Origin: an uncultured delta proteobacterium
GTDB taxonomy: Bacteria; Myxococcota_A; UBA9160; UBA4427
Reading direction: 5' to 3'
DNA length: 64,000 bases
Assembly (NCBI GenBank): GCA_963822965.1
Contig: CAWGJT010000005.1
Coordinates: 1,600,001 to 1,664,000, forward strand
Position numbers and translations under genes: made by a program. The notes beneath the pieces were generated by a model. That model searched no databases. It was not told where the DNA came from and worked only from the letters and a program-made list of their open reading frames with translations. Positions 34,101 to 46,964 of this stretch are shown in pieces; the stretch's first letter is position 1, and every line of letters starts with the position of its first letter.

Positions 34101-37100
34101 CAAGCCGTCGTCGATGGCGTCCCCGAGGCTCGACAGGGCCACCGACGTGCCGTCGGGATCCTCCAGCCCCCAGTCGAGGACGAACTCCGCTCGCAGCACC
34201 GGGAAGACGCTGGCGACGTCGGCGGGAATGAAGTCCTTGTTGACCTCCAGCACCAGCGCCAGCTCGAGGTAGGCGTCGGCGCGGATGCCCGCCTCGATGC
34301 CGAGGTTGCCGATGTCGGCGATGCCGAGGTGGCCGTCGCCGCTCGGTCCCGTGCGCTCGTCGAAGAGATCGATCCCGAAGGTGGCCGAGAGGTGGGAGTC
34401 GTCGCTCGCGTCGGCGGTGAGCTGCAGGAAGAAGAGCTCGCCCGAGAGCATCGCGTCGGGCAGGGTCACCTCGACGTTCACCATCAGCTCGTCGGTGTCG
34501 CTCAGGTCGAGGTAGAAGGCGTCCTTGCCGGAGAGGCCGAAGCCGAAGTCGAGCTGCCAGTCGACGTCGAGACGGATCTCGCCGTCGGTCTCGAGCGAGA
34601 CGCCGGGGGCGCCGATGTCGAGCCCGAGATCCGCAGCGCCCGAGACCAGCGTCTGGCCGAGCTTCAGGTTCCACTGGATGAACGAGTCTTCGAACGCGAT
34701 GCCCGGCTGGTCGATGTTCGTCTGCAGGACGACGTCCCCGGGTCCGCGCGCCGGATTGCCGTTCGCGTCGAGCAGCAGATCCAGCGAGGCGCCCTGGGCG
34801 GCGACCACGCGCTGGTTGGTGGCGGTGCCCGTGCGCCGGCCGGCGCCGTCGGGATCGCTGTGCGCGATCGTGACGACGACGGGTCCCTCCCCGTCGAGCT
34901 CGATCTCGAAGACCGCGTCGCCCGAGAGGACGCCCGAGTCGTCCGCGATCTCGCCGGAGACGCCGAATTCCGACGCCTCCCGGACGACGCGTCTGGCTGG
35001 TGAGCCCGAGCTCCGCGGCGGCCACGCCGCCCGGCGCGACGGTCAGCGTCAGGGCCTGCACGCTCGGGTCGATCACCACCAGGCGGAGCGTCGACACGAC
35101 GTCGGTCGCGACGCCGTTCTCGTCGCGCATCGCCTCGGTCTCGGCCCGGGCCTCGACGCGACCGCCCAGGCCGGCGCCGACCAGCGCGTCGTTCAGGTCG
35201 GTGACGAGGGCGTCGTCCGCCGAGCCCAGCAGGTCGAAGAGGAGCTGCGAGATCAGGTTCGCGTTCGGGTCCGCGGCGCTCTCGACCGCGTCGCGGAAGT
35301 CGGAGATGAATCCCTCCCGCAGGTCTTCGATGAAGCGCGCGCCGTCCGTCAGCTGGTCGCCGATCAGCGGCAGCTCGACGCCGAAGACCTCGCCCTCCAG
35401 AACGTCCTGCAGGCCGCCCAGGAAGAGGTCCACGCCGTCGGTCACGAGCAGGATGTTGTCGATCAGGCTGAACTCGGCCGGGTCGAAGGCGAAGAGGTCG
35501 CCGACGGTGAGCGGCGAGCCGTCGGTGTCCGTCGTCGAGCCGTCCGGACGCGCGGCCCGCAGCGCCGCGGGATCGAAGAAGCTCGCGAGCGGGGCCCCGT
35601 TCATGTCGCTGACCTGCAGCGTCGTGTCGTCCGTGCCGATCCCGAGCAGCACGTCGTAGAGGACGGTTCCCGCCGGCCGCGAGGGCGTCGGGAAGTCGAC
35701 CGGCAGCTCGGTGTGGATCTCTCCCTCGAGGCGGCCCGAGAAGCTCTCGCCCAGGTTCGAGACGACGTCCTGGATCCGGCGGATCCCGCCCTCCGTCCCG
35801 GCGTCGGCGTCGAAGTCGAGCCCGGCGCGCAGGATGTCCGTGCCGGGCAGCACGCCGCCGGGACCGCCGCCCACCGACAGGCTGCCGCCCTCGATGGTGG
35901 CGCCGAAGGGCCCGAGCACCGCGCGCAGGTCGATGTCGTCGGCGGCGGCGCGGAAGCTCGCCGTGATGGCGGTGTCCTCGAAGAGATAGACGTCCGCCGG
36001 GCTCGCGAGATCGATGCCGACGGCCAGCAGGAAGCCGGCCTCGCCGCTCGCCTGCAGACCGGCCTGCCCGGTCAGGAAGCCCGCGTCGCCCAGGTCGAAG
36101 TGCAGGTCGTAGGACTCGCTGAAGGCCTTGCCCAGGCGGAGCGCGATGCGAAGCAGGTCGATGCCCGTCTCCGCCGAGGCGCTCGCGGCGCTCTCGGCGA
36201 CGAGGCTCGCGCTGCTGCGAAGCACGAGGGTCCCATCGCTCACGTCGTCCGGGTCGGAGCCGACGCTGTAGGCGCCGTCGTTCGATCCCGTCCCCGAGAC
36301 GACGACCACCTGCCCCGGCGTGAAGCCGTCGTCCAGCCAGCTCCCGGACGCGCGGGTGATGATCGGTGCGGTGGCAGCCGCTGCCCGGCACGAACACGAG
36401 CGCCAGCGGCGCCGCGGTGCGCGGCCCGTCGGGCTGTGGGTCCGCGGCGGGCACCAGGGAGAGATCGATCCCGAAGTCGCCCATCGACTGGCCGCGGATG
36501 TTGATGCCGAGCTTGGGACCCGCCGTCGCGTCGAGCCCTTCGTCGACCAGCGCGGGGCCGGGCTCCAGCGTCAGGGTGTCGGCGGTGACGCCCTCCGCCG
36601 CAATCGTGTAGGTGCCGCTGATTCGCGGAGAAGCCCGAGAGGGTGATCTCCATGCCCTGCTGGAAGCCCTCCTCGACGAAGCTTCCGCCTCCGCTGCGGG
36701 TGATGGTGCGGGCCGCGGCGGTCGATCGCGAGGGGCGTCCCGCCCTGCAGGACGGGCGCCGCCGGCAGCCCCAACGCCTGCAGGAGCTGGTCCTCGAGGC
36801 GCTGGATCGCGCTGGCGGGATCGCTCTCGAAGGACTGCGACGGCGGCGTCGAGGTGGTCGGCGAAGGCGAGCACGTCGTTGAACGAGACGTCGAGCACCG
36901 GGATCGGTTGGTCGAGGAAGCCGAAGCTCTCGAACTGGCCGAGGAAATCGGACAGCGAGATCAGGGCGTCGATGATCTCGCTGATCGCCGATGTCGCCGA
37001 ACTTCGAGAAGTCGCCGAGCCCGGGGAAGTCGAACTCGATCTCCGGATCGCGGCGGAGCTTCACCTCCGCGAGGTTCTCGGTGAGGACGGCGTCTTCGAC

Positions 37101-40100
37101 GGTCACGGTGGTGGTCATCGTGCCGGCGTCGAAGGCGACGGACGAGACGAGGGTGTTGGCGGTGCTCGTCGCGTCCGCCGGCAACGTGGCCTGCACCTTG
37201 TCGCCCGCGCGGATCGTGTCGCGCTGGTCGCCGGCGAGCGTGAAGGTGGTCGCGCTCTGGTACGTGGGCGCGTCGGCGTCGGCGTAACGTCACGCCGATG
37301 GGATTGCCCAGGTCGTAGACGGTGACGCGCAGCCCAGGCAGGTCGCCGTCGTCGATCAGCCCCGGGATGCCGGGCTCGACGGTGAGGCCCATCGCGAAGG
37401 TGCCGACCTCGCCGCTCACCGCCACGCCCGCGACGCTCTCGCCGACCAGGGTCTCCTCGAGCGCCAGGGTGAGGGTGGCGGCGGTGACCTGCTCGACCAC
37501 ATAGGAGCCGTCGTTGCTGCCGCTGCCGTCGACGAGGACGCGCTTGCCGGGCTGGAAGCCCTCGTCGACCCAGCTTCCGCTCCCGGCGGCGCGGACGATG
37601 GTGGCCGCCACGCTGGCGCCGTCGCCCGGGGTGAAGGTGAGCTGCGGGCTGCCCGCGAGCTTCGGTCCGCCGATCTGCGGCGTTCCGATCAGGGAAAGGG
37701 GATCGCCGAGCCCGTCGATCAGCTCCGCCAGGGTGAGCCGCCCGTCGTCGCCGCCGTCGATGCCGATCGAGACGCCCGCCTCGAAGTCGGGGCCCCCGGA
37801 GGCGAGGATCTCGACGAAGCCGAAGTCGCCGGAGATGACGACGTCCTCGCCGTCCCCGGTGCCGAGGCGGAGGCTTCCGAAGATCGCGGTGTCCTCGAGG
37901 AAGAAGCGGTCGAGGAGCGAGACGCCGCCGATCACGCCGCCGCGGATCAGCCCGTCCACGTCGCGGTAGTCCACGTTGCCGTCGCCGGTCGCGTCGGCCG
38001 TCGCGTCGGAGCGCAGGATGGCGAGGCGGCTGGCTGAAGGGGAGGCGTTCGCGGCGTCGACGCGGAAGGTGGACGGACCCGCGATCGTGATGCCGAGGCC
38101 CTGGGAGCCGGTCTCGTCCACGAGCACGTCGCTCGCGACCAACGTGAGCACGCCGTCGCTCACCGCCGCGAGGGTGAAGGTGCCGTTGTTGTTGGGGTCG
38201 GTTCCGGAGTCGCCCCGGTCGCTGCCCGAGACGCGGATGGTCTGGCCCGGCTGGAAGCCGTCCGCCAGGAAGGAGCCGCCGTCGGCCACGTCGCGACGCT
38301 CGATGGTGCCGCTGGCGGCGTCGAAGACGAGCCGGGGCTCGCCGGTCATCGCCGGCACCTGCCGGATGCGGAGCCGGTCGCCGGAAGGGATCGATGTCCG
38401 CCACCACCGCGGCGCCGGCGGTCGCTGCCGCCGCGTTGATGCGATCGAGGACTTGCTGCACGTCGGTGGCGCCGTCGAGCACGACCTCGAAGCGCTCGCC
38501 CGTCGCGGTGCGGACGACGAGGTCCGCCTGGCTGGCGGCGATCGCGCTCTCACCGACGGGGCGGTCGCAGGCCGAGGCTCGCCTGGGCGGCGGCGTCCGG
38601 CGTGATGCTGAACGCGAAGGTCGCGGTGACGTCGATGCCGGACGCGCTCTCGGCCAGCACGCTGTCCGAGCCCACCAGGGTGAGGACGTCGTCCGAGACG
38701 CTCGCGATGGTGTAGCGCCCGTCGTTCCGGGACGATCCCGCGACGGTGATGGTCATGCCGTCTCGGAAGCCGTCCTCGAGCCAGCTGCCGTCGCTGCGCT
38801 GGAGGCCGCGCGCGGCCGCGTCGAAGGTGATCTCGGGGGTGCCCTTCGTCTCGATGGCGGCGGTGAGCACGATCTGGGAGCCGGCGGTCTCCGCGCGGAT
38901 CTTCCCCCGCAGGCCCGCTTCGCGCAGCGCCGACATCACGTCCATCGACAGGTCGAGCATCGTCTTGTTGTCGGACGTATCGCTGCCGAAGGGCGTCGCG
39001 GCGTCGTGCTGCGCCAGCACGGTGACGGTGATCGGCGACTCGTCGAGGAGCGGCGCGTCGACCACGAAGCTCGCGTCGCCCGGCAGCCGCACCACCGCGC
39101 CGCCGCGGATGCGGACGTCCTCCGCGCCGGTCTCCAGCTCGAAGGCGTCGGCGCGTTCCAGCGTCAGGACGCCGCCGGTGATCCCGCGCACCACGAAGTT
39201 GCCGTTGTTGCCCGCCGCGGAGCCCGAGACGGAGATAGCCTGACCGACCACGAAGCCGTCGTCCGCCCAGGTCGTCGTGCCGCCGGTCCGCACGATGGTG
39301 TTGAAGGCCTGCAGGCTGGCGCCGCTGCGACCGGTGGCGCCGCCCTCGTCGGCGACCGCGGTCGTGAGGGTGAGCGTCGCGCCGTCGGGCGAGACCGAGA
39401 GGATCTGGTAGACGCCGTCGTTGCTCTCGGAGCCCTGCACCTCGATGGTCTGGCCGGCCTGGAACCCGTCGCTCGCGAAGCTGCCCGCCGGATCACTCGT
39501 CGACGAGTTCACGAGCCGGGTGATCGTGTTGCCCGCGAAGCGCAGATTCGGGTTGCCGGAGATCTCCGCGCCGTCGAAGGCGAGCACGGCGTCGTCGGCG
39601 AGGAGCGCCGACGACGGCTCGGAGGTCAGCGCGTACTCGTTCTTCACCACGTCGGTCAGGTCTTCCACGCCGACGAGATCCGTGAGCGCGGTGCCGCCGG
39701 TCAGCATCTCGCTCGGGGCGGGCTCCCCCAGGTCGACGCCCAAGGTCATGCGGAAGCCCGCGCTGCCGCCGAGCGCGAGGGTCGGAGAGCCCAGGGTCTG
39801 GATGCTGCCGATGGGGCCGAGCTCGAAGCCGAAGTCGAGGGGCACCCCGAGCTGGAAGAGGTCCTTCTCGAAGTCGATCTGGTAGGTGAGCTCGTTGCTG
39901 TCCGCGTCGTACGCGAGGCCCGAGATGCCGAAGAGCTCGAGCAGCCGGTCGGAGAGCTGCTGGGCGGTGACGAAGGTGGGATCCCCGTTGGCGTCGAGAA
40001 GCTTCGGAATGCCCGTCTGCAGCTCGAGGGCGCCCGTGCCGGCGGTGAAGACGAGCTTCTCGCCGTCGTCGCTCACCGTGACGCCGGCCCCCACGGCGGC

Positions 40101-43100
40101 GTCCAGGATCGCCGCCACCCCGGCGAGACCCGTCCCGGCCGGGATCGTCACGTTCACCACCACGTGCTCGGGCGAGGCCGTCTCGATCCGCGCGCCGACG
40201 ATCTCGCCGTCCTCGATCTGCTCCGCCGGGTCGAGGACCAGCACGAGGTCCGTCACGTCGCCGGTGTTCGACCCCAGGGTGAAGACCCCGTCGTTGCTCC
40301 CGGTGCCCGAGATCCGGACCCGCTGTCCCGCCTGGAAGCCCTCGTCGAGGAACGAGCCGCTCCCCGCTGCCCGGGTGATGGTGTTCGTCGTGCGGTCGAA
40401 GGTGATCATCGCGCCGCTCACGAGGAACGCCGTGTTCGCGAGGACGATCTCCACCTCGGTGTCGTTCTCGAAGTCGGCCGGCGCAGCGTCGGCCACGAGC
40501 ACGCCGTCCTCCGCGAAGGCCTGCACCGGGAAGCCCAGCCGACGCAGATCGGCCACGCCGCGGGCGTCCAGATCGAGGTCGTCGAAGAGCAGCGCGTCGC
40601 TGAAGGCGTCGGCGAGGTCGAAGACGCCATTCAGGGCGTCGGAGACGAAGGGCAGGTCGAAGTTCGCGACGAGATCGCTCTGCCGGACGCCCTCGAGCCA
40701 GTCGCTCACCTGGCCGAGCAGCGACACGAAGCTCCCCGCCGTCATGCGGTCGAAGTTCAGCAGGTCCTCGAAGGAGGGACCCGTCACCTCGATGCCGGTG
40801 GGATCCGAGAGGTCGGGGATCGCGAGCCCGACGGTGGTGGCCGCGATGGGGCTCGTGATGCCGAGGAAGGGAACGGCGAGCGGCAGGGTGAAGCTGGCCA
40901 TCCCCGAGAACTCGGCGTCGAGCAGCGCGTCCGGGTTGGCGAGGTTGTCGATCAGCTCCTGGATCGACGTCCGACCGTCCGCCGCGCTCGTGCCGGGATC
41001 CAGCAGAACGGCGGTCAGGGTGGGGGTCGCCACGCCACTGCCGCCCACGACGCGCACGTCCACGAAGCCGAAGCGGGCGCCGGCGTCCACGTTGGCCGCG
41101 GTGAGCGTCAGCACCCCCGAGGCCATGCCGTTCCGCAGGAAGATGGAGTCGAGGAAGTCGGGCGTCTCGCCCGCGCTCACGGCCGCCGCGATCTCCTGCA
41201 GGTCGACGCCCACGTCGAACTCGACGAGGACGTCCACGTCGAGCCCCGCCAGCGCGTTGAAGTCGACGTCGGCGAGGCCACTCTCGAGATCGAAGTCGAA
41301 GCCCAGCTCTTCCTGCAGGCCCACCAGGTTGGCGACCAGGTTCACGTGGTAGGTGAGCTCGAGGAAGGTGTCGGAGGCCGCGTCGGTGTCCAGCTCGAGC
41401 CCGAGGGTCTCCGGCTCGAAGCCCGTGGCGCCGGCGATCGAGTTCACCAGGTCCTGCACGGTGGGGAAGCGCGCGAAGACGCTCCCCGTGCCGTCGCTCA
41501 CCGAGAGCGGGTCGAGGATCCGCTCCTGGAAGATCGAGGCGGTGTCGATCAGGGCGTCGAGCCCGCGCTCGACGAACGGGACGTCGGCGTCGAAGGCGAC
41601 GAGCTGGTCCCGCAGCATGACCAGGTTGTCGAGCATCTCCTGGGCGTCGAAGTCGAGGAAGGAGCGCAGGTCGTCGCCCAGCCCGCCCACGACGGAGAGC
41701 TCCACGCCGGCCACGTCGGTGACGTCCGCCCAGGTGAACTGCAGCTGCGAGTCGAGCAGGGTGAAGGGAGCGTCCAGGCCCTCGATCAGCGCCGCGGCCT
41801 CGACGTCGGCGGTGAAGACGAGGTCTTGGGTGCTCGCCGGGTCGCGCGCGACCGAGAGGCCCACGAAGTCGAGGGCATCCGTCATCTCGGAGAGGCGCAG
41901 GCGGCCGTCGCCGCCGCCCGGCTCGAACAGATCGAATTCGATCGCCACGCCGGGGTCGATCTGCAGCGCGGCGTTCGTGAGCTCGACCTTCAGGAAGCCG
42001 AACTGCCCCCCTGCGTCGACGTCGCCCGCGACCTGGAAGTTGCTCGCGACGATCTCGGGTCCGGCCGTGCTCGTGTCGACGAAGAAGCCGTCGGCGTCGA
42101 CGCCGATGCGCAGCGCGAGCGCCACGTCGACGCTCACGTCGAGCAGGCCGGACAGCCCGATCGAGCCGCCGAAGAGATCGGTCTCGACGTCCAGGTCCGC
42201 CTGCCCGGAGAGGGTCTTCAGGATCTCGACGTCGAAGAGGGTCGTGGCCCCGGTCGCCGTGTAGCTGACGTTGCCGTCGTCGCCGTCGAGATCGTCGAGC
42301 GCCTGGCGCAGCGCGTCCGGATCGTCGATGTCGAGCAGGTCCTCGAGGCGGAAGCCGTCGGAGCCGCTCTCGAAGATGCGCGCGAGGATCGAGCCCTGCT
42401 CGCTCAGCAGGCCGAAGACCTGGGGCGAGCCCGGCGCCGGCGTACCCACCGGCTTCGCGAGGGAGAGGCTCGTGCCCGAGAGCGCGAGCGGGAGCGAGCC
42501 GCCGAGGAGCGCGATCTCGTTCGACGTGCTGGGGACCGCGCGATCGAGGAGCTGGGAGAGCTTCCGCAGGGAGCCGCCGAAGACCGAGATGGCGGGCTCG
42601 TCCAGGTTGTCGGTGATGGCCGCGTTGGAGACGGCGACCCGCTGCTCGGCGCCGCTGAAGCGATCGTGGATCGTCACGGTGGTGACGGAAGCCACCGTCC
42701 GGCTGAGCTCGTCGGCCACGCGCCCGCCTTCGAGCACGACCTCGTTCGTCCCGCTCTCGCCGTCGAAGTCGATGCCGCCGGACAGGGCGATCGCGCCGTC
42801 CGTCGCGTCCACCAGGAGCGTGTCGTTGCCGGCGCCCCCGAAGAACGAGACGCCCTCGAGGCTCGAGAGGGGAACCGTCGAGACGACGAGCCCGTTCACC
42901 ACCACTTCGAGCAGCGACGCGTTGTCGGCGACGCGCCGGACCGCGAACGCGTCGTCGCCCGCCGATCCGATCACGTCGATGCGGCTCTGGGTCGTGAGCG
43001 TCTCTTGTCCCGAGACGACGTCGTCCGTGAGCGTGAGCGAGAACGCGCTCCGGCCGTGGGTGCCGGCGAAGAGGAGATCGGGCGCACCGTCGCGATCGAC

Positions 43101-46100
43101 GTAGAGCAGGTCGGCGACGGGCGCATTGGGGAGCCCGCGGCCGAGCTCGCTCCAGGAGAAGTCGCCGGCCGCCGTCTCGACCCGCGCCCGGTGCACCCCC
43201 GCCGTACTGCCCACGAGCAGCAACTGGACGCCCGCGTCGGTCGTGGCCAGCTCGAGGCTGCCGAGCTTCCCGGTCGGAAGGTTCGCGCTCACCTTCTCCC
43301 ACGTGACGCCGGCGTCCGTGGTCCGGTAGACGTCGCTCGAATCGATCGCGTAGGCGGTGCGCCACTCGGTCGGATCGAGGACGAGGTCCACGATCGTGCC
43401 GGCGCCCACGATCACGCGAGCCGCAAAATCCGTGGTGCGAGCGGCGTCCGCCTCGCGCACGAAGACGGTGTTGCCGCGGCTCGCATAGAGGACGTCCGCG
43501 TGATCGCCCGCGGCGTCCCGGCCGCCGTAGGCGATGGCGCTCACGCGCTGGGTGCCGCGGGACCGCGACTGCAGCTCGTCGACGGTGGCGAGGCCGTCGT
43601 CGCTCTCGTAGAGCGAGTTGAACCCGATGGCCATCTTCGTCGGGTCGACGGCGTTCACCACGTACGGGATGTGGGCGAAGCCGGAGAAGCGCCGGTCTTC
43701 CTGGCCGAGCCCGTCGAGCGCCACGCTCTCCTTTGGGAAGGCGGCGCCCAGAACGACCCGCTGTCGCTGCAGGGACTTGAAGTTGTTCCCCATCCAGTAG
43801 CGGACGGTCGTGATGTCGTCGATCTGCGCCACAGCGTTCGTGTTGCCGTCGCCCTGGTTGAGCTGCTCCCATTCGAAGCGGGTCGCGAAGTCGTCGGGAA
43901 TGCCGTCGCCGTCGAGGTCGACCGGGTCCTCGAGATCCGCCTGCTGTCCCGAGCTGCCGGTGTCCTGGTTGCCGACGAGCAGGACGTCGCTGACGGCGTC
44001 GAAGGCCAGCGCGTTCACCTCGGTGATGCGCAGGTCGCCGAGCGCCGACTCCCATTGGCGCGCGGCGGCGTCGTCCACGTCCGTCAGGCGATAGATGCCG
44101 CCGTCGTCGCCCTCGAGGATGTCGCCGTTGGCGTCGAAGACCATCTCGCGGGAGTCGGCGTGGGGAGCGGTCGCGTTGGCGCCGCTCGAGACGATGGGGG
44201 TCCACTGGCTGCCGGACGCCTGGCTCGCGTCGCCCCGGAAGATTCGCGCGGTGTAGTTGGTGGCGCCGCTGGTGAACCCGATGGGCGTGCCCGTCGCGTC
44301 GCGCACCAGGTCCTGACGGTCTCCGCCCGCGTAGACGACGTTCGAGTCGTTCCGGTCCGCGAGCAGCGAGAAGTTCTTCAGCGCCTGACCGCCCGGATTC
44401 AGGCCGATGCCGCCGTCGCCCGGCATGTCCAGCTGGGCCCAGGTCGTGCCGGTGTCGGCGCTCCGGTAGATGTCGGTCGCCACCCGGGAGCTCGAGCGAA
44501 CGATGACCGTTCCCGCCGAGTGCGCGTTGGCCAGCGGGCGGCTCAGGGTGAGCGTTCCGGCCGCCGCATCGATCGAGACGATCTGGAGCGCGCCGTTCGG
44601 ATCGCCAGAGCCGCCTTCGAGCCCTCCCCCGCTGTCGTTCCGAAGCCCGACCCGGTCGCCCACCTGGAAGAGCGAGGTGGCGCTCACCGCGATCACGGAG
44701 TCGCCGACGGTCGGGGTCGCGCCGAGCAGCGCTTCCTGGAAGATCAGCGCCGCGAAGAGCGGGTGCTGGGGCGCGCCGTCCGCATCGCTCACGCTGAGCA
44801 CGATGCGGTTGGCACCGGCCGGCGAGACGAAGGCCTGGGCGCCGCCGCCGTTCACGAGGCTCCAGGTGGCGCCCGCATCGTCGCTGCGGAGAACGCCCTG
44901 CCCGACGACGCCCGCGTACAGGACGTCGTTCGCGGGCATGTCCGTGACGTCGAGGACGAGATCGCTGGCGGGACCGCGGCCGAGGGCGCCGGCCCCACCG
45001 CTCTCGGAGAGGTTCGTGAACGTGACGCCGCCGTCGGTGCTGCGGAAGACGCCGCCGCGCCGGCGCACCGTGCCGTCCACGATCTGGTCGAGGGCCGAGA
45101 CGAGCACCACGCCCGACGTACGCGTCGGCACCACCGACGTGATCGCGAGCCCGGCGAGCTCGGGTGCCGCATCCAGCGACCAGGTCGAGCCACCGTCGGT
45201 CGAGCGCAGCAGACCGACGTTGAAGCCGTTCACGCCCGAATTGCTGAAGCCGCCCGTGCCCGCGAACACCACCAGGTCGTCGAGCGGCGTCGACGCGTCC
45301 ACGGGATTGCCGGACGAATCGAGCGGGCTGATGGTGACGTCGCCGATGGAGAGCGACGGGAACTGATCGGTGAGCGGCGTCCAGTGAGCTCCGCCGTCCG
45401 TCGTCCGCCACACGCCGCCGTTCGTGGCGCCGACGAAGATCACGTCCGGGTCGAAGGGGTGGGCGGCGATCGCCTGCACGGCCCCGGCCACCGGGTCGTT
45501 GGGCGGGATGTTCTCGACCTGGCCGTTCGCGGAGACGCCGGGACCCTGCTCGAGCCACTGGGGGACGCCCTGCTCGCTGACCAGCACCGCCTCGTTCGTG
45601 AAGACCTCGACGCCGGTCACGTGGTCGATCTCGACGGCGCCGTTGGTCGCGAACGCGGTTCCGTCGCCCCGCTGCACCAGGACCGCGCCCGGGAGCGGCG
45701 CGAGATCGAGGCGGTCGTTCCCGGCACCGCCGTAGACGACCAGGCGTCCCGCGAAGGTGCCGAGATCCGTCACCGTGATGGTGTCGTCCCCGTCGCCGGC
45801 CTCGATCGTGAGCGAGCCCGTCGGCACCGGAATGCTCGTCTGCTCGAAGGACGGGCTGTCGATCACGATCATCGACGTCATCGCATCGAAGGAGACCGTG
45901 ATGTCGTCGCTGCCGTCGGTGGCGGTGAAGACGGTGTCGGCTGCGGTGCCCGTGGTGGCGAGGGGCTCCATGCCCGCGTAGACGACCGTGTTGCCGTCGA
46001 GGGAGACCGAGCCCGCGTCCGGCGCCGTGGCGACGAGCTCGACGCGCGCGTAGTCACCGCCTTCGAAGACGAGCGAGTCGAATCCCCGGTCGCCGCCGGC

Positions 46101-46700
46101 CACCACGCCGGCGAGCCGCGCCTCGGCCTCGAACACGAAGGTGTCCCGGTTGTCGGCGGCACCCTCGAGGTTCTCGATTCCCGCGAACGCGACCCCGGCG
46201 ACCTCCCCGGTGCCGTCGCCGTCGATCCGCCAGAGCGAGTCGCCACCGGGCCCGACCAGGGTGTCGTCCCCCGCCCCGCCGTCGAAGAGCACCGGGATCC
46301 CGAGGCCCAGCACGCTGTCGTCCAGCGTGAGACGGTCCGCCCCCGCCCCGCCGTGCACCACGATCTCGCTCGTGCTCCCGAGGAGCTGCCACGAGAGGGC
46401 CTGGCTGGTCTCCCGGTCGACGAGCCGAACGATGCGCGTGGGAGCCGCGGCTTCGGCCGGCGGGTCGAGCTGCTCGGCGGTCTGGTCGAGCTGCTCGACG
46501 GCGAGGGAGAGGTCGTGGTCGCCGGCGCCGAAGTCCGCCGCGACGTCGATGGCGAGCGCGCCGAGCGGGTCGGCGGAGAGCAGCAGGCGCGGCTCGAGGG
46601 GCTCCAGTCGGAAAGCCGCCCGACCCGGCGCGGTGCGGGAGCGTTGACGGCGCAGCGTTCGCAGCAGTGACAAGCGGGGGACTCTCCGGATCTCGCGCAC
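22144..46700 (-). CDS. giant LEPR-XLL family, RTX-like Ca-binding surface protein (about 8,200 aa; many frameshifts below 38550)
   Basis: N-terminal LEPLEPRLLLSAD; uninterrupted 2716-aa first segment; successive acidic Gly/Asp/Thr-rich minus-strand segments abut with no gaps or new RBS; GGxGxD nonapeptide clusters; single C-terminus at 22144. Confidence 0.82.
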
Positions 46701-46809
46701 CGGGGAACACCAGCCCCGGTCACCCTCCCCCGCCGACCTCGACGGCCGACCCGTTCGTGTGACGGGCGGCGCCGGGCCATCGAAGACGAAGGGCCCTACG
46801 GTCCGTCAC

Positions 46810-46842
46810 TTTCTCACAGATCACCCCGAGATCGTTGAGAAA
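46810..46842. promoter_or_regulatory. imperfect inverted repeat in the AT-rich region upstream of the giant gene
   Basis: TTTCTCACAGATC-N7-GATCGTTGAGAAA (11/13 arm match). Confidence 0.4.
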
Positions 46843-46964
46843 TTTGACACGATGGTGCAAAAAACACCCATGCCTGGGACCGCGCTGCGGCCACCCTGGA
46901 CGACCGGTCTATCCCCGAGGGGAGTCCGGCCAGGCTCAGCTGGGGCGTTCCGACCGTCGCAGGG

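Noticed and set aside
39493..45558. 2021-aa alternative-frame ORF and other Arg/Gly/Pro-rich long ORFs
   Set aside because: Off-frame translations typical of very GC-rich DNA.
38394..46670. 2758-aa + strand ORF (also 24673-28605, 32133-35003 and similar)
   Set aside because: Antisense shadows of the giant gene caused by strong GC3 codon bias; no recognisable motifs.
22144..46700. Prophage or contractile injection system
   Set aside because: Phage-like motifs occur only as modules within one protein; no capsid, terminase, sheath, baseplate or integrase genes were recognised.
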